Source: a virus (lineage: Duplodnaviria > Caudoviricetes). Taken from it: a DNA stretch of 36,934 nt. Shown one piece after another: positions 1 through 8,281 of this stretch. The position numbers and the translations under genes were made by a program. The stretch covers positions 1 through 36,934 of the IMG/VR virus record IMGVR_UViG_3300031229_000075; one strand, written 5' to 3'. Positions within the stretch are counted from its first letter, which is position 1. Each line of letters starts with the position of its first letter. Below the pieces are notes generated by a model. It did not search any database. It worked only from the letters and a program-made list of their open reading frames with translations, and was not told the origin of the DNA.

Positions 1-1
1 C

Positions 2-352
2 ACGATCTTCGGCACCGATGTCGCGATGACGCACCTGGCCGGGATCGGCCTGGAGTTCGGCGACAACGTGGCGGAGCAGGTGTTCCGCACCGGGCGCATT
101 GGGCAGTACAAGGGCCATCGGTTCGTCGAGGTCGAGAACTTCGAGAACTTCCTCGGGAACTTCGTCCTGCCCGACGACGAACTCTGGATCGTCGGTCGCA
201 ACGCGGGTCGGCTCACCTACTACGGCCCGCAGGCGAAGGTGCAGCAGTTGCGGCTGCCGAGCTTCTTCGGACGGTGGGAGACAGCGAGAGACGCCGGAAT
301 GCTATTGTATGGAGCAGACCGAGGCCGAGTGGGTCGGATAGTATTGGTGTGA
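2..352 (+). CDS. Probable major capsid protein, C-terminal part (5' truncated)
   Basis: Frame open from the window edge (TIFGTDVAMTHL...GRIGQYKGHRFVEV...LPDDELWIVG...GRIVLV*); resembles HK97-fold C-termini; lies upstream of the neck/tail genes. Confidence 0.6.
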   Translation, partial: TIFGTDVAMTHLAGIGLEFGDNVAEQVFRTGRIGQYKGHRFVEVENFENFLGNFVLPDDELWIVGRNAGRLTYYGPQAKVQQLRLPSFFGRWETARDAGMLLYGADRGRVGRIVLV

Positions 353-381
353 CATATAGGAGTGTCTGCTAGGCTCCCTGG

Positions 382-1065
382 ATGGAGAAGCGCAGGTGCC
401 CCGAGTGTCGCAAGCCGTTCGTCCCTAGTTCTCACCGCCAGAAGTACTGCTCGCGTGAGTGCCGCACGTTCTTCCTGAACGCGAAGCATCGCAAGGCGAC
501 TGGCCCGATCAAGCGCCGAGGTCCGCGCAAGAACTATGAGCGGAGCACAATCTGCGTCCAGTGTGGGAAGGGGCTGAGGAGGGGGCAGCGTCGGTTCTGT
601 TCTCTTGCGTGTTCTGAGGGGTGGTGGGCGGAGAAGAAGAACAAGGGCAAGGCTGCGACCTACCATGTCCTCAGTGACATTGACACGGAGACGATGACCG
701 GCACCTGCTCACAATGCGGACCGGGCGCCACTGTGGTCAGAGCCTCAAAGTTGCGCGAGAACCAGCGGTTCAGATGCCGCGTCGCCGTGCGAAAGGACAG
801 TCTGACACCCGTCAGGAAGCGCCATCAATGGAAGCGCCGTGGCATTGACCTTACGTGGGAGGAGCATCAGGCGATGCTGGAGGCTCAACAGGGCCGATGT
901 GCAATCTGCGAACGACCGATGGATCAACCGCATGTCGATCACTGTCATGACACCGGAAAAGTGCGTGGCCTCTTGTGCTCCTCGTGCAACAACGGCCTCG
1001 GGAGATTCGCCGATGACCCAGCGAGATTGCGCGCAGCGGCGACGTATCTCGAACGAGCGTCGTAG
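382..1065 (+). CDS. Endonuclease VII-family (HNH-like) free-standing homing endonuclease with N-terminal Zn-finger repeats
   Basis: C-terminal QQGRCAIC...PHVDHCHDTGKVRGLLCSSCNNGLG is the EndoVII signature; N-terminal CxxC...YCSxxC repeats. Confidence 0.9.
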   Translation: MEKRRCPECRKPFVPSSHRQKYCSRECRTFFLNAKHRKATGPIKRRGPRKNYERSTICVQCGKGLRRGQRRFCSLACSEGWWAEKKNKGKAATYHVLSDIDTETMTGTCSQCGPGATVVRASKLRENQRFRCRVAVRKDSLTPVRKRHQWKRRGIDLTWEEHQAMLEAQQGRCAICERPMDQPHVDHCHDTGKVRGLLCSSCNNGLGRFADDPARLRAAATYLERAS

Positions 1066-1071
1066 ATTAGG
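1053..1071 (+). promoter_or_regulatory. Putative late promoter motif A, copy 1 (ACGAGCGTCGTAGATTAGG)
   Basis: 17/19 identical to 4704-4722; contains a TAnnnT -10-like hexamer (TAGATT); sits at the start of an intergenic gap. Confidence 0.5.
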
Positions 1072-1086
1072 AGAGACGGCGCATCG

Positions 1087-1146
1087 TTCTCGCGGAGGAA
1101 GCCGTGAGAGTCCGCGTCATCCGAGGGCGGCTTTAGAGTCGCCCTC
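1087..1146 (+). other. Two RNA hairpins in an intergenic leader (1087-1110 and 1123-1146)
   Basis: TTCTCGCGG/CCGTGAGAG and GAGGGCGGCT-TTAG-AGTCGCCCTC stems with G-U pairs; no U-tract. Confidence 0.5.
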
Positions 1147-1187
1147 ATACCAAGCAACCGGCAATCACGAGCAACAGGAGGATCAGG

Positions 1188-1760
1188 ATGGAAGCGGCGA
1201 CAATCCCGAGCAGTCTTGTCAAGAGCGGGTTCACCAACAAGTCCGGTGGGCACATCGGCTTCATCGTCATCGAGAACGGCCAGGAGAAGGCCATGTCCGC
1301 GCGGCCCGACGAGGAAATCTTCCTCAACGCCGAGGAGCAGATTCTCACGGCCAACGCGCCGAAGCAGGCGAAGAACAACCCGTTCGAGAACGGCTCCCTC
1401 GTGCTCACGACCCCCGCGAAGCAGCTTGCCAACCGGCGCCCGATCGGCGATCCGTCGATGCTCGCCGAGGGTGTCGAGCAGCCGGAGTCAGACCCGGAGG
1501 CGCTGAAGGCGGCGGAGGAGCGTAAGCGCGCTGAGGCGGACCGCTTGGAGGCCGAGAAGGCTCGCCAGGCCGAAGCCGTCAAGCAGGCGGAGACGGGCGT
1601 TCAGCCGCGCAGGAGCCGTCCTCCGGCCAAGTCCGAGGGTGAAGGGGCGACGGAAGTCGCGGCTCCCGAGGAGACGGGCACGAAGCCGCAGGCAGCCGGA
1701 GACGCCGAGGGCGAGCGCGCCGCGGCCGAGGAGGTCGGCACCCCGGAGGCCGAGGAGTGA
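1188..1760 (+). CDS. Hypothetical head-module protein with an acidic Ala/Glu-rich disordered C-terminus
   Basis: Strong RBS CAGGAGG; GC3-rich codons; located after the capsid gene. Confidence 0.75.
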   Translation: MEAATIPSSLVKSGFTNKSGGHIGFIVIENGQEKAMSARPDEEIFLNAEEQILTANAPKQAKNNPFENGSLVLTTPAKQLANRRPIGDPSMLAEGVEQPESDPEALKAAEERKRAEADRLEAEKARQAEAVKQAETGVQPRRSRPPAKSEGEGATEVAAPEETGTKPQAAGDAEGERAAAEEVGTPEAEE

Positions 1761-2038
1761 TCGACCCGCGACTCGAAACCACCGACGCCCGCCAATGGGC
1801 GGAGGCATTCGCTGAGACGCGTGTCCAGCGCCGCGCCGAGGATGACGTGGACATCGCCGACGACGAGGACACGATGATGGGCTGGTTCGCGAATGCGATC
1901 GAGTGCGGGCGCAGCGCGGCGGCAGTCGCCCCGGACTCGGCCAGCGAAGCCGTCAAGGGCAGCCTCGGCGAGTTCGAGGAGGTCGAGGAGCCGGTCCCGA
2001 CGCGGCCTGATCCGGGGGAAACGTCTCGGAACGGATAG
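1757..2038 (+). CDS. Hypothetical phage protein (DARQWAEAF...TMMGWFANAIE)
   Basis: GTGA overlap with the upstream stop, preceded by GAGGAG/GGAGG; typical codon usage. Confidence 0.7.
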   Translation: MIDPRLETTDARQWAEAFAETRVQRRAEDDVDIADDEDTMMGWFANAIECGRSAAAVAPDSASEAVKGSLGEFEEVEEPVPTRPDPGETSRNG

Positions 2039-2041
2039 GCC

Positions 2042-2626
2042 ATGCCGCCCGTCACCGACCTGAGAGATACGCGCGTCCTCATCCCGAGGACGCGGCGGGC
2101 GTTGGAGGGCCTGTCGGTCGGCGGCAGCGGCTTCTCTGACGACACCTACGGCGACGAGACGATGAACGCGGCGGTGGCCGATGCGATCGCCAGCCTTCTG
2201 CTCTACACCGGCAGCTTCTTCGGCAAGGAACTGGAGGTCGTCGAGCGCGACGCGGAGTACATGGCGCCGGTCGCCTGGCGCACGTCCGAGGAACTGACCG
2301 AGCCGGAGGCATCGCTGGTCGCAATCCAGGCGGCGCTCGATCACGTCTACATGACCCTGGTCGGCACGAAGCAGTCCGAGACGATCCGCAACGAGGGTCA
2401 GGAGTGGAGCTACACGATCTCTGCGCAGGTGCTCTCGGAGCGGCTGAAGGGGCTGCGTGCGGACCGCGACCGGGCGCTGGCCGCGATCGAGGCGGCGGGC
2501 GCGTCGATGGAGGCGTGGTACAGCTTCATCGAGGTCCGCGACGCGCGCGTTTCCGCCTTGGTCGAGCCGTACGTGAGCGGCGGCGTCTCATCAGGGCAGC
2601 AACTCGATCCACGAGGGTTCGGTTGA
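2042..2626 (+). CDS. Putative head-tail connector/adaptor
   Basis: 194 aa, helical, with SETIRNEGQEWSYT resembling the adaptor beta-hairpin; synteny. Confidence 0.5.
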   Translation: MPPVTDLRDTRVLIPRTRRALEGLSVGGSGFSDDTYGDETMNAAVADAIASLLLYTGSFFGKELEVVERDAEYMAPVAWRTSEELTEPEASLVAIQAALDHVYMTLVGTKQSETIRNEGQEWSYTISAQVLSERLKGLRADRDRALAAIEAAGASMEAWYSFIEVRDARVSALVEPYVSGGVSSGQQLDPRGFG

Positions 2627-2925
2627 TGTCGGGCGACCGCACCAAAGCGATCGAGGACGCTATCGAAGCACGCGAGTCGCACGTGGCGTGGCTCGAATGG
2701 TGGCGGCATCTGGAGGAGGGCTGTATGGAGCCGGACTGCTTGGAGATCGCGGCAAACCAGCGTCGGGAATACGCGAAATCCGAGCAGTGGGGCGTCCCAT
2801 ACGAGGAGCGTTGGGTCGCGGCCTACGACAACATCTTGGCCTGCCTCGGTGTGAGCGCACCCGAGATCGCCATGCTTAGCGGGCGGAACGGGGCTGCGGA
2901 GGAACTCCGTGCCGCCGTCGCCTGA
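2626..2925 (+). CDS. Hypothetical protein (99 aa, MSGDRTKAIEDAI...)
   Basis: TGATG coupling at 2624-2628; the ORF-track start at 2404 overlaps the upstream gene and is unlikely. Confidence 0.6.
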   Translation: MSGDRTKAIEDAIEARESHVAWLEWWRHLEEGCMEPDCLEIAANQRREYAKSEQWGVPYEERWVAAYDNILACLGVSAPEIAMLSGRNGAAEELRAAVA

Positions 2926-3343
2926 CCTCGCCGGGTTCCGCGACGCCGCCGTTCGGATGCGGGCGGAGATGGGGTCGGATGTCCCCTTCTTCACTCGGAC
3001 CGATGGCACATACCCGCCTGGAACCGCGATCGATCCAGAGACGGGCAAGCCGTTCGATCCCGCTGCCCCCGAGAGCGGCTCCGCCTGGGGGTCGGCGTCC
3101 CTGCGCGTCGGCGTGTACACCCGAGCGCTCGCCGCGTCACGTGAGGACGACGCGGTGGCGAACGCGGTCGGCTGGTTCGAGGAGGGCCACATCGTCCTTG
3201 ACGCCGACCCCGACGAGTACGCTGAGGTCGAAGACGCAACGGAAGTTGAGTGGAATGGCGAGCGGTACGAGATCAGCGACGATGACGGCTCCGAGATCGA
3301 CAACGTGGAGCACCGCAAGCTGATCTTCGCGAGGAAGAAGTGA
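2909..3343 (+). CDS. Putative head-closure (stopper) protein
   Basis: 144 aa; IDPETGKP near the N-terminus and VEWNGERYEI near the C-terminus are typical of head-tail joining proteins; RBS GGAGG. Confidence 0.55.
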   Translation: MPPSPDLAGFRDAAVRMRAEMGSDVPFFTRTDGTYPPGTAIDPETGKPFDPAAPESGSAWGSASLRVGVYTRALAASREDDAVANAVGWFEEGHIVLDADPDEYAEVEDATEVEWNGERYEISDDDGSEIDNVEHRKLIFARKK

Positions 3344-3350
3344 GACTGAC

Positions 3351-3854
3351 GTGGCTATAACGAGGGAAGACTACGTTGAGCAGAGCGTGCAGACGTACGC
3401 GCGACGCCAGTTGTTCGATGTCAAGGGCTACCCGGAGGAGCAGATCGAGTTCCTCGACAGCTTCGACGACAACATGTTCGACGGGCAGGACGCGCTCAAC
3501 AAGAACTTCGTCGCCAGCGGTTTCGACTTCGACGATGATGGCCGACAGGCCGAGCTAGGGAGCGATCTGATCCGTCGCCAGTACACGTTCGAGTTCTTCG
3601 TGATCGGCCTCTCCTCGGTGTGGGGGAAGAACATCGCGCAGGCGATCAAGTTCGCGGTTGAGCATGACGGGCTTATCCCGCTGCTCGACATCGCGGATGC
3701 CGCCAGCGCACCGGACTGGCCGACGATCGACCAACTCGTTCTCGTTGGCGTCAGCGCCAACCGCGTCATCGTGCAAGACCCGGCGCCGTGGCAACGACAC
3801 ATCTGGGTCACGCGGGTCCGGGTTGAGGACGAATACCATGCTCGTCTCTCGTAG
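3351..3854 (+). CDS. Putative tail terminator/completion protein
   Basis: 167 aa in the neck region with an alternating alpha/beta pattern (QYTFEFFVIG...AQAIKFAV); synteny. Confidence 0.45.
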   Translation: MAITREDYVEQSVQTYARRQLFDVKGYPEEQIEFLDSFDDNMFDGQDALNKNFVASGFDFDDDGRQAELGSDLIRRQYTFEFFVIGLSSVWGKNIAQAIKFAVEHDGLIPLLDIADAASAPDWPTIDQLVLVGVSANRVIVQDPAPWQRHIWVTRVRVEDEYHARLS

Positions 3855-4688
3855 ATGCCGTTCCTCGTAGACAGCGGCCGGGGGATCGCGACAGGTGGAC
3901 TCGGCCACCAGTTCGAGCAGGCGCCTGATGGCAACCAGTACTTCACGGTCCTCGGCCCGTCGATCAACCTGGTCCGCGCGGTGCGGTCGATGCTCGAAGC
4001 GCAGCGCATCTATCTGACCTACCCCGGCGGGCGTGGCCGGGATCAGGCTGCCGCGATCGCCGTCATCGTGGCAGAACTTGAAACGGCAGTTCATGCTTCT
4101 GGCGTGGCGACGGCGGATTTCGCGGAGGAGCGGGCGAAGTCGCTGCTGGAGCGGCGGATCATCCGTCCGACGACGCCGAAGCCCGATCACCTGCGGGATG
4201 CAATCGTGGCGCGTGCGATCCGCGGGGCTGGCGTCGGAGGCTCATGGGGCGCCGTGGGCATCGGCGACATCTCCCTGCTCGACCAGTTCCCGTACTGGAA
4301 GGCGCAGGAGTTCGGCTCGCCCCACCTTGTCGGCACCCAGCTAAGGGGGTTCTTCTACGAGCCTGGCGGGCCGCATGTTCCCGATCCGTCTCAGACCCGC
4401 CATCACGCGATCTTCAGGCCGAGCAGAGGGCCGAAGATGACGGTCAAGAACCCGATCCAGGGCAAGGCGTTTCTCACGGAATCGACTCTCGATGCGCTCG
4501 CGTTTCGCTATCGGACGTGGCGAACGGTCGAGAAGGCGGCTGTCGCTCAGGTCCGCGCCGTCCGCGTGGCGACCGCTGGCGATCTGGCCGGGACTCGCTA
4601 CTCACGGACCGTGGGCGGCTTCGCGCGGCTGGCGCGGTTCCGTCCGGGCAGCGCGGCGAGCCTGCCTGGCGCCTTCAGGTTGCGGTAG
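3855..4688 (+). CDS. Putative neck protein (HK97 gp10-like)
   Basis: HLRDAI...GAVGIG...PYWKAQEFGS...NPIQGKAFL resembles the gp10-like YA..VEFGT...P..FL pattern; basic C-terminus. Confidence 0.5.
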   Translation: MPFLVDSGRGIATGGLGHQFEQAPDGNQYFTVLGPSINLVRAVRSMLEAQRIYLTYPGGRGRDQAAAIAVIVAELETAVHASGVATADFAEERAKSLLERRIIRPTTPKPDHLRDAIVARAIRGAGVGGSWGAVGIGDISLLDQFPYWKAQEFGSPHLVGTQLRGFFYEPGGPHVPDPSQTRHHAIFRPSRGPKMTVKNPIQGKAFLTESTLDALAFRYRTWRTVEKAAVAQVRAVRVATAGDLAGTRYSRTVGGFARLARFRPGSAASLPGAFRLR

Positions 4689-4703
4689 TCGTCCGAAGGT
4701 CTG

Positions 4704-4722
4704 ACGGGCGTCGTATATTAGG
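4704..4722 (+). promoter_or_regulatory. Putative late promoter motif A, copy 2 (ACGGGCGTCGTATATTAGG)
   Basis: Near-identical to 1053-1071; TATATT -10-like hexamer; intergenic. Confidence 0.5.
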
Positions 4723-4753
4723 CAGAGCACAGGCAACTGGCGATCACGGGCGC

Positions 4754-5032
4754 ATGACAGTCGATAGACAAGGCTGGGTACACCAGCGGAAGGGCCGCTA
4801 CATGGCGCAACTGCTGGAGTTGTTCGAGAAGTCGATCGAGCCGCACGTACCCGAACAGGCAGCACAGAAGTTCAAGTCCGAGGTCCGTCGCAAGGTCAAT
4901 GCGCTCGCGGTAGATGCCTGCGACGTAATGAACATGGACTCGAACACCGTCATCAACGCAGCCGCGCAGGACGTGCGCGATCGTCTGTTTGCGGACGGTG
5001 CCGCCCAGAGCAGACCACGGAGGTCGCGTTGA
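4754..5032 (+). CDS. Hypothetical protein (92 aa, MTVDRQGWVHQRKGRY...)
   Basis: 3' part of ORF 4244..5032; ATG at 4754 follows the intergenic gap; TTGA overlap with the next gene. Confidence 0.65.
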   Translation: MTVDRQGWVHQRKGRYMAQLLELFEKSIEPHVPEQAAQKFKSEVRRKVNALAVDACDVMNMDSNTVINAAAQDVRDRLFADGAAQSRPRRSR

Positions 5033-5598
5033 TCGACGCCGCGACCGAGAGCCGCTTTCTCGACCGCATCCACTACACCACGCCCTCGGGCTGCTGGCTC
5101 TGGACCGGCACCCCGAGCAAGGACGGTTACGGCTTGATCTCCGTTCCTGGCCGTGGCATGGTGGGCGCCCACATCGTCGCGTGGGAGGTCTTCGAGGGCG
5201 ATCGGGACGGGCTATTCGTCTGCCACACCTGCGACGTACGGACGTGCGTCAACCCGCATCATCTTTTCCTCGGCACGCCTGCCGATAACGCGGCGGACAT
5301 GCAGCGCAAGCGGCGTGGGACGAACTCCCTCACGGTGGACGAGGAGGCGGAGATCGTCCGGCTCTATGCAGGCGGCGGTGTCTCCATGCAGGAACTTGGC
5401 GAGCGATTCGGCATCAGCAAGTCGCTCGTCTGCAAGATCGTTGGCGGTGTCGGTACAGGCGCGAAGCGTCTGCCCGTCACCCAACGGGCAGAAGTCCAGG
5501 CGCTCGCACGCGCTGGTGAGTTGCCGCAGAGCGCCATCGGTGCTCGCTTCGGCATCACTCAGTCCGCCGTGAGCCGAATCGCGAACGCGGAGGTATAG
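5029..5598 (+). CDS. HNH homing endonuclease with two C-terminal HTH repeats
   Basis: GCWLWTG...GYG...AHIVAW...VCHTCDVRTCVNPHHLFLGTPADNAADM (HNH_3 type); SMQELGERFGISKS and PQSAIGARFGITQSAVSRI HTH motifs. Confidence 0.92.
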   Translation: MIDAATESRFLDRIHYTTPSGCWLWTGTPSKDGYGLISVPGRGMVGAHIVAWEVFEGDRDGLFVCHTCDVRTCVNPHHLFLGTPADNAADMQRKRRGTNSLTVDEEAEIVRLYAGGGVSMQELGERFGISKSLVCKIVGGVGTGAKRLPVTQRAEVQALARAGELPQSAIGARFGITQSAVSRIANAEV

Positions 5599-5601
5599 AT
5601 C

Positions 5602-6849
5602 GTGTCGGTCCATGCGGGTTCGATTCTTCACGTCGGCGGTCAGAACGTCATCGACCGCATTCAGTCGGCGGGCCTGGGAGACGTGCGCCTGCCGATGGAG
5701 ACGATCCGCGAGGTCGGCAACCGCGAGGTCGTGGACAAGGTTCCCGGCGAGCCGGATTTCACCTTCACGATGGAGAGCCTCGATGTCTCGACCTCGGTCG
5801 AGGCATTTCTCACGGGCGCCACGGGTGGCTCGGCATCGGCGTCGGCGCCCGGTGCCTCCGATCCCGCCGGGACGGCGTACGACTGGCTCGACATGGTGGG
5901 CCGTTGCGTCAACGTCCCCTCACCCTGGAAAGACCCGACCACCGGCTCCGCTGGCACTGTCGAGGCGGGGCATCTGGTCCCCGGCTACTACCCGACGCGT
6001 ATCCGCTACCGCTTCGGTGTCACCGACAACGCGACCCAGGAGGTCGAGCTTGCCGGTGGATCGTTCTTCTACGGTGAGCACGCGCCGGTCGAGGAGTACT
6101 TCACGGGTGATGGCGCCGAGGACGAGTTCACCACGTCCGATCCCGCCGTCAACTACCGCAGGGGCGGCTCTGGCGGCTCCGACTTCCGTTCCGTGTTCGG
6201 CGTGATCGTGGATGGCACCCTCATGGTCGAGGACGTGGACTACACGGTGTCGGGCGGTGCCGTTGCCCCCGGCTCGGCGGCGACGGTCACCTTCAACGAG
6301 GCACCGGAGAGCGGAGCGGACATCCGCCTGGCCTACTTCACGAGCGCTGCGCGCGCGTACCCGCAGTCGGTGCATGCCTCGGTCAACGTCACGCCGGGCG
6401 CCGTCCGTGGCCGGAACATCCACGTCTATATCGACGACACCAAGATCGGGTCGATCCAGAGCGCCGAACTGGAGGGCACCGTCGATGGCGAGGCCGAGCG
6501 GGAGCTTGGCACCGAGGAGACGACCGGGCGCGTCGTCAACGGAACCGATGCGCGTGGCTCGCTCACGGTTCGCAGCCGTGACCGCGACCGTTTCTTCGAT
6601 CTGCTCGAAACCATCACCGGGGTCGCTCGCGACGAAATCTACGGGTGGTTCAACGAGAACACCATCGATCTCCAGATCAGGATCGAGAACCCGAAGTCGC
6701 CCGGCACGATCCTGAAGACGCTGTGGGTGGACGACGCCAAGTTCCAGCCGCCCGGCACCCCGGCGCGGGTGAACGCGGCCACCGACTTCGTGTTCAACTT
6801 CGAGTCGAATGATGGCTCGTTCAAGGCGGTCAAGGGCGTCCCCGCCTAA
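5602..6849 (+). CDS. Major tail (tube) protein with an inserted Ig-like domain
   Basis: 415 aa, beta-rich, directly before the chaperone and tape measure genes; internal FTGDG...VIVDG...DVDYTVSGG...VTFNEAP..GADIRLAY domain; followed by a terminator-like hairpin. Confidence 0.8.
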   Translation: MSVHAGSILHVGGQNVIDRIQSAGLGDVRLPMETIREVGNREVVDKVPGEPDFTFTMESLDVSTSVEAFLTGATGGSASASAPGASDPAGTAYDWLDMVGRCVNVPSPWKDPTTGSAGTVEAGHLVPGYYPTRIRYRFGVTDNATQEVELAGGSFFYGEHAPVEEYFTGDGAEDEFTTSDPAVNYRRGGSGGSDFRSVFGVIVDGTLMVEDVDYTVSGGAVAPGSAATVTFNEAPESGADIRLAYFTSAARAYPQSVHASVNVTPGAVRGRNIHVYIDDTKIGSIQSAELEGTVDGEAERELGTEETTGRVVNGTDARGSLTVRSRDRDRFFDLLETITGVARDEIYGWFNENTIDLQIRIENPKSPGTILKTLWVDDAKFQPPGTPARVNAATDFVFNFESNDGSFKAVKGVPA

Positions 6850-6947
6850 CCGCGCGTAGTGACATAGCCCGGTGATGTGCCGGGCGAACGATGGACTCGG
6901 CGCCCCGGTGGGGCAGGCATGTAACAGGCCCAGGCAACCAGTACGGC

Positions 6948-6973
6948 GAAGCGGCTTCCGGGCCGCTTCTTTC
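6948..6973 (+). terminator. Putative intrinsic terminator downstream of the tail tube gene
   Basis: GAAGCGGCT-TCCG-GGCCGCTTC stem followed by TTTC. Confidence 0.6.
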
Positions 6974-7004
6974 ACGAGCAAAAGGTAACTAGCAGGAGGA
7001 CACA

Positions 7005-7940
7005 GTGGAAGCATCCGAGACAGCACCACCCGAGACGACCGAGGAACCGGCGGAGGAGCCGGAGCGCAAGCCGGAGCAGTCACCGGCAGAGAGCCGGAAC
7101 CCGCAGGAGTTGTTTCGCTTCAGCGAGTGGGTTCACGTTGGACCCGGCGCCGAGGCATGCGATGACGCCGAGACAGGTGAGTGCACGAACACCATGCACT
7201 TCCACGCGTGGTGCCGCCTCCCCAACCAGTTCCAGCACCAGTCGATCCGTGACAAGGCCCTGGCCGCGAAGGCACGGCGCATCCGCCAGTACCGCGACGC
7301 GGACAGCGACGCGAGCGCGGTGATCGACGGCCAGTTCGAGGAGATCGAGTACAGCATGGACGCGGACGCGGCGCGCAACTCGTACATCGAGGAGATCGTC
7401 TTCAAGGACTATATGAAGGACTACTTCGAGGTCGTGCAGGAGATGCAGTCCGAGGAGGCCGAGGACGACGACCCGCCGAAGTGGGCGTCGATCGAGGAGG
7501 ACCGCGAGCGGCTTCGGGTGCTCGACGACATGGACCCCGAGGATCGGCCCGACGAGGAGTACTCCGAACTGAAGTCTCATGTTGCGGCCTTCAACGAGGA
7601 GGTCGAGCGCCGGGTCAAGGAGGATCGGCAGGGCGCGGTGCGCCAGAGCCTTCAGGATCGTCCGCTCGACGAACTGCGCCAGATGGTCCGCGAGCAGCGC
7701 ATCCAGAAGGAGGCGCAGGCCGTGTACATGCAGACCTACACGGTCTGGGAGCAGTACATCGGGACGATGAAGACGCAGGTGCCGAAGCAGGTGGACGCGC
7801 CGCAACAGCGGATGTTCAGGTCGGTCGATCACCTGAAGTCGGCGGCACCCGAGGTCATCCAGGTTCTCGATCAGGTGTTCACCAACCTCGACGGTGAGTT
7901 CGGCAAAACGATGACCGTAGGGGCGTTGGGAAAAGGCTGA
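7005..7940 (+). CDS. Tail assembly chaperone (lambda gpG equivalent)
   Basis: RBS CAGGAGG plus GTG; lies between the tail tube and tape measure genes; ends at the slippery site TTG GGA AAA GGC TGA. Confidence 0.8.
   Translation: MEASETAPPETTEEPAEEPERKPEQSPAESRNPQELFRFSEWVHVGPGAEACDDAETGECTNTMHFHAWCRLPNQFQHQSIRDKALAAKARRIRQYRDADSDASAVIDGQFEEIEYSMDADAARNSYIEEIVFKDYMKDYFEVVQEMQSEEAEDDDPPKWASIEEDRERLRVLDDMDPEDRPDEEYSELKSHVAAFNEEVERRVKEDRQGAVRQSLQDRPLDELRQMVREQRIQKEAQAVYMQTYTVWEQYIGTMKTQVPKQVDAPQQRMFRSVDHLKSAAPEVIQVLDQVFTNLDGEFGKTMTVGALGKG
7928..7934 (+). promoter_or_regulatory. Programmed -1 ribosomal frameshift slippery site G-GGA-AAA
   Basis: X-XXY-YYZ heptamer in the correct frame one codon before the stop; the -1 frame is open to 8281. 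Confidence 0.88.
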
Positions 7941-8281
7941 TCGTTGCGAGCGATGAGTGGCTCTCGACGGTTCGCATTGCCCGCGACTTCGGCGGGATTG
8001 AGACGCTGCTGCCTGACGGCATCGACGACATCCGTGACTGTCCGTACCACCTGTTCGACGCGATCCAGATGGGGTTGCAGTTCCTCTCGTGGGAGGAGCA
8101 TCTCGAAGACGGGGAGCAGCCGCCGCGTTCGATCTGGTTCAACGAGGAGGAGCTATCCGCCCACTTCGAGCGGGTCAAGGCCGACCGCAAGGCGAAGTAT
8201 GGCGGCAAGGATGACGGCCCCGGCCCGATCGAAGACCCGGTGGAGAACCAGGCGGCGAAGGGGCTGATCGTTGGGGGCTGA
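7934..8281 (+). CDS. Frameshift extension of the tail assembly chaperone (gpGT equivalent)
   Basis: The -1 frame reads RLIVASDEWLSTVRIARDFGGIETLLPDGIDDIRDCPYHLFDAIQ then runs into ORF 8069..8281 without a stop. Confidence 0.85.
   Translation, partial: RLIVASDEWLSTVRIARDFGGIETLLPDGIDDIRDCPYHLFDAIQMGLQFLSWEEHLEDGEQPPRSIWFNEEELSAHFERVKADRKAKYGGKDDGPGPIEDPVENQAAKGLIVGG

Noticed and set aside
353-1187. Group I intron interrupting the capsid gene and carrying the endonuclease
   Set aside because: The capsid-like frame ends plausibly at 352, the next gene has its own RBS, and the non-coding flanks are too short and lack recognisable P7 core motifs
6841-6880. CCGCCTAAC...AGCCCGG resemblance to a twister ribozyme, and GGCAACC (6933) resemblance to SAM riboswitches
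   Set aside because: The required pairings, pseudoknots and other conserved nucleotides could not be found
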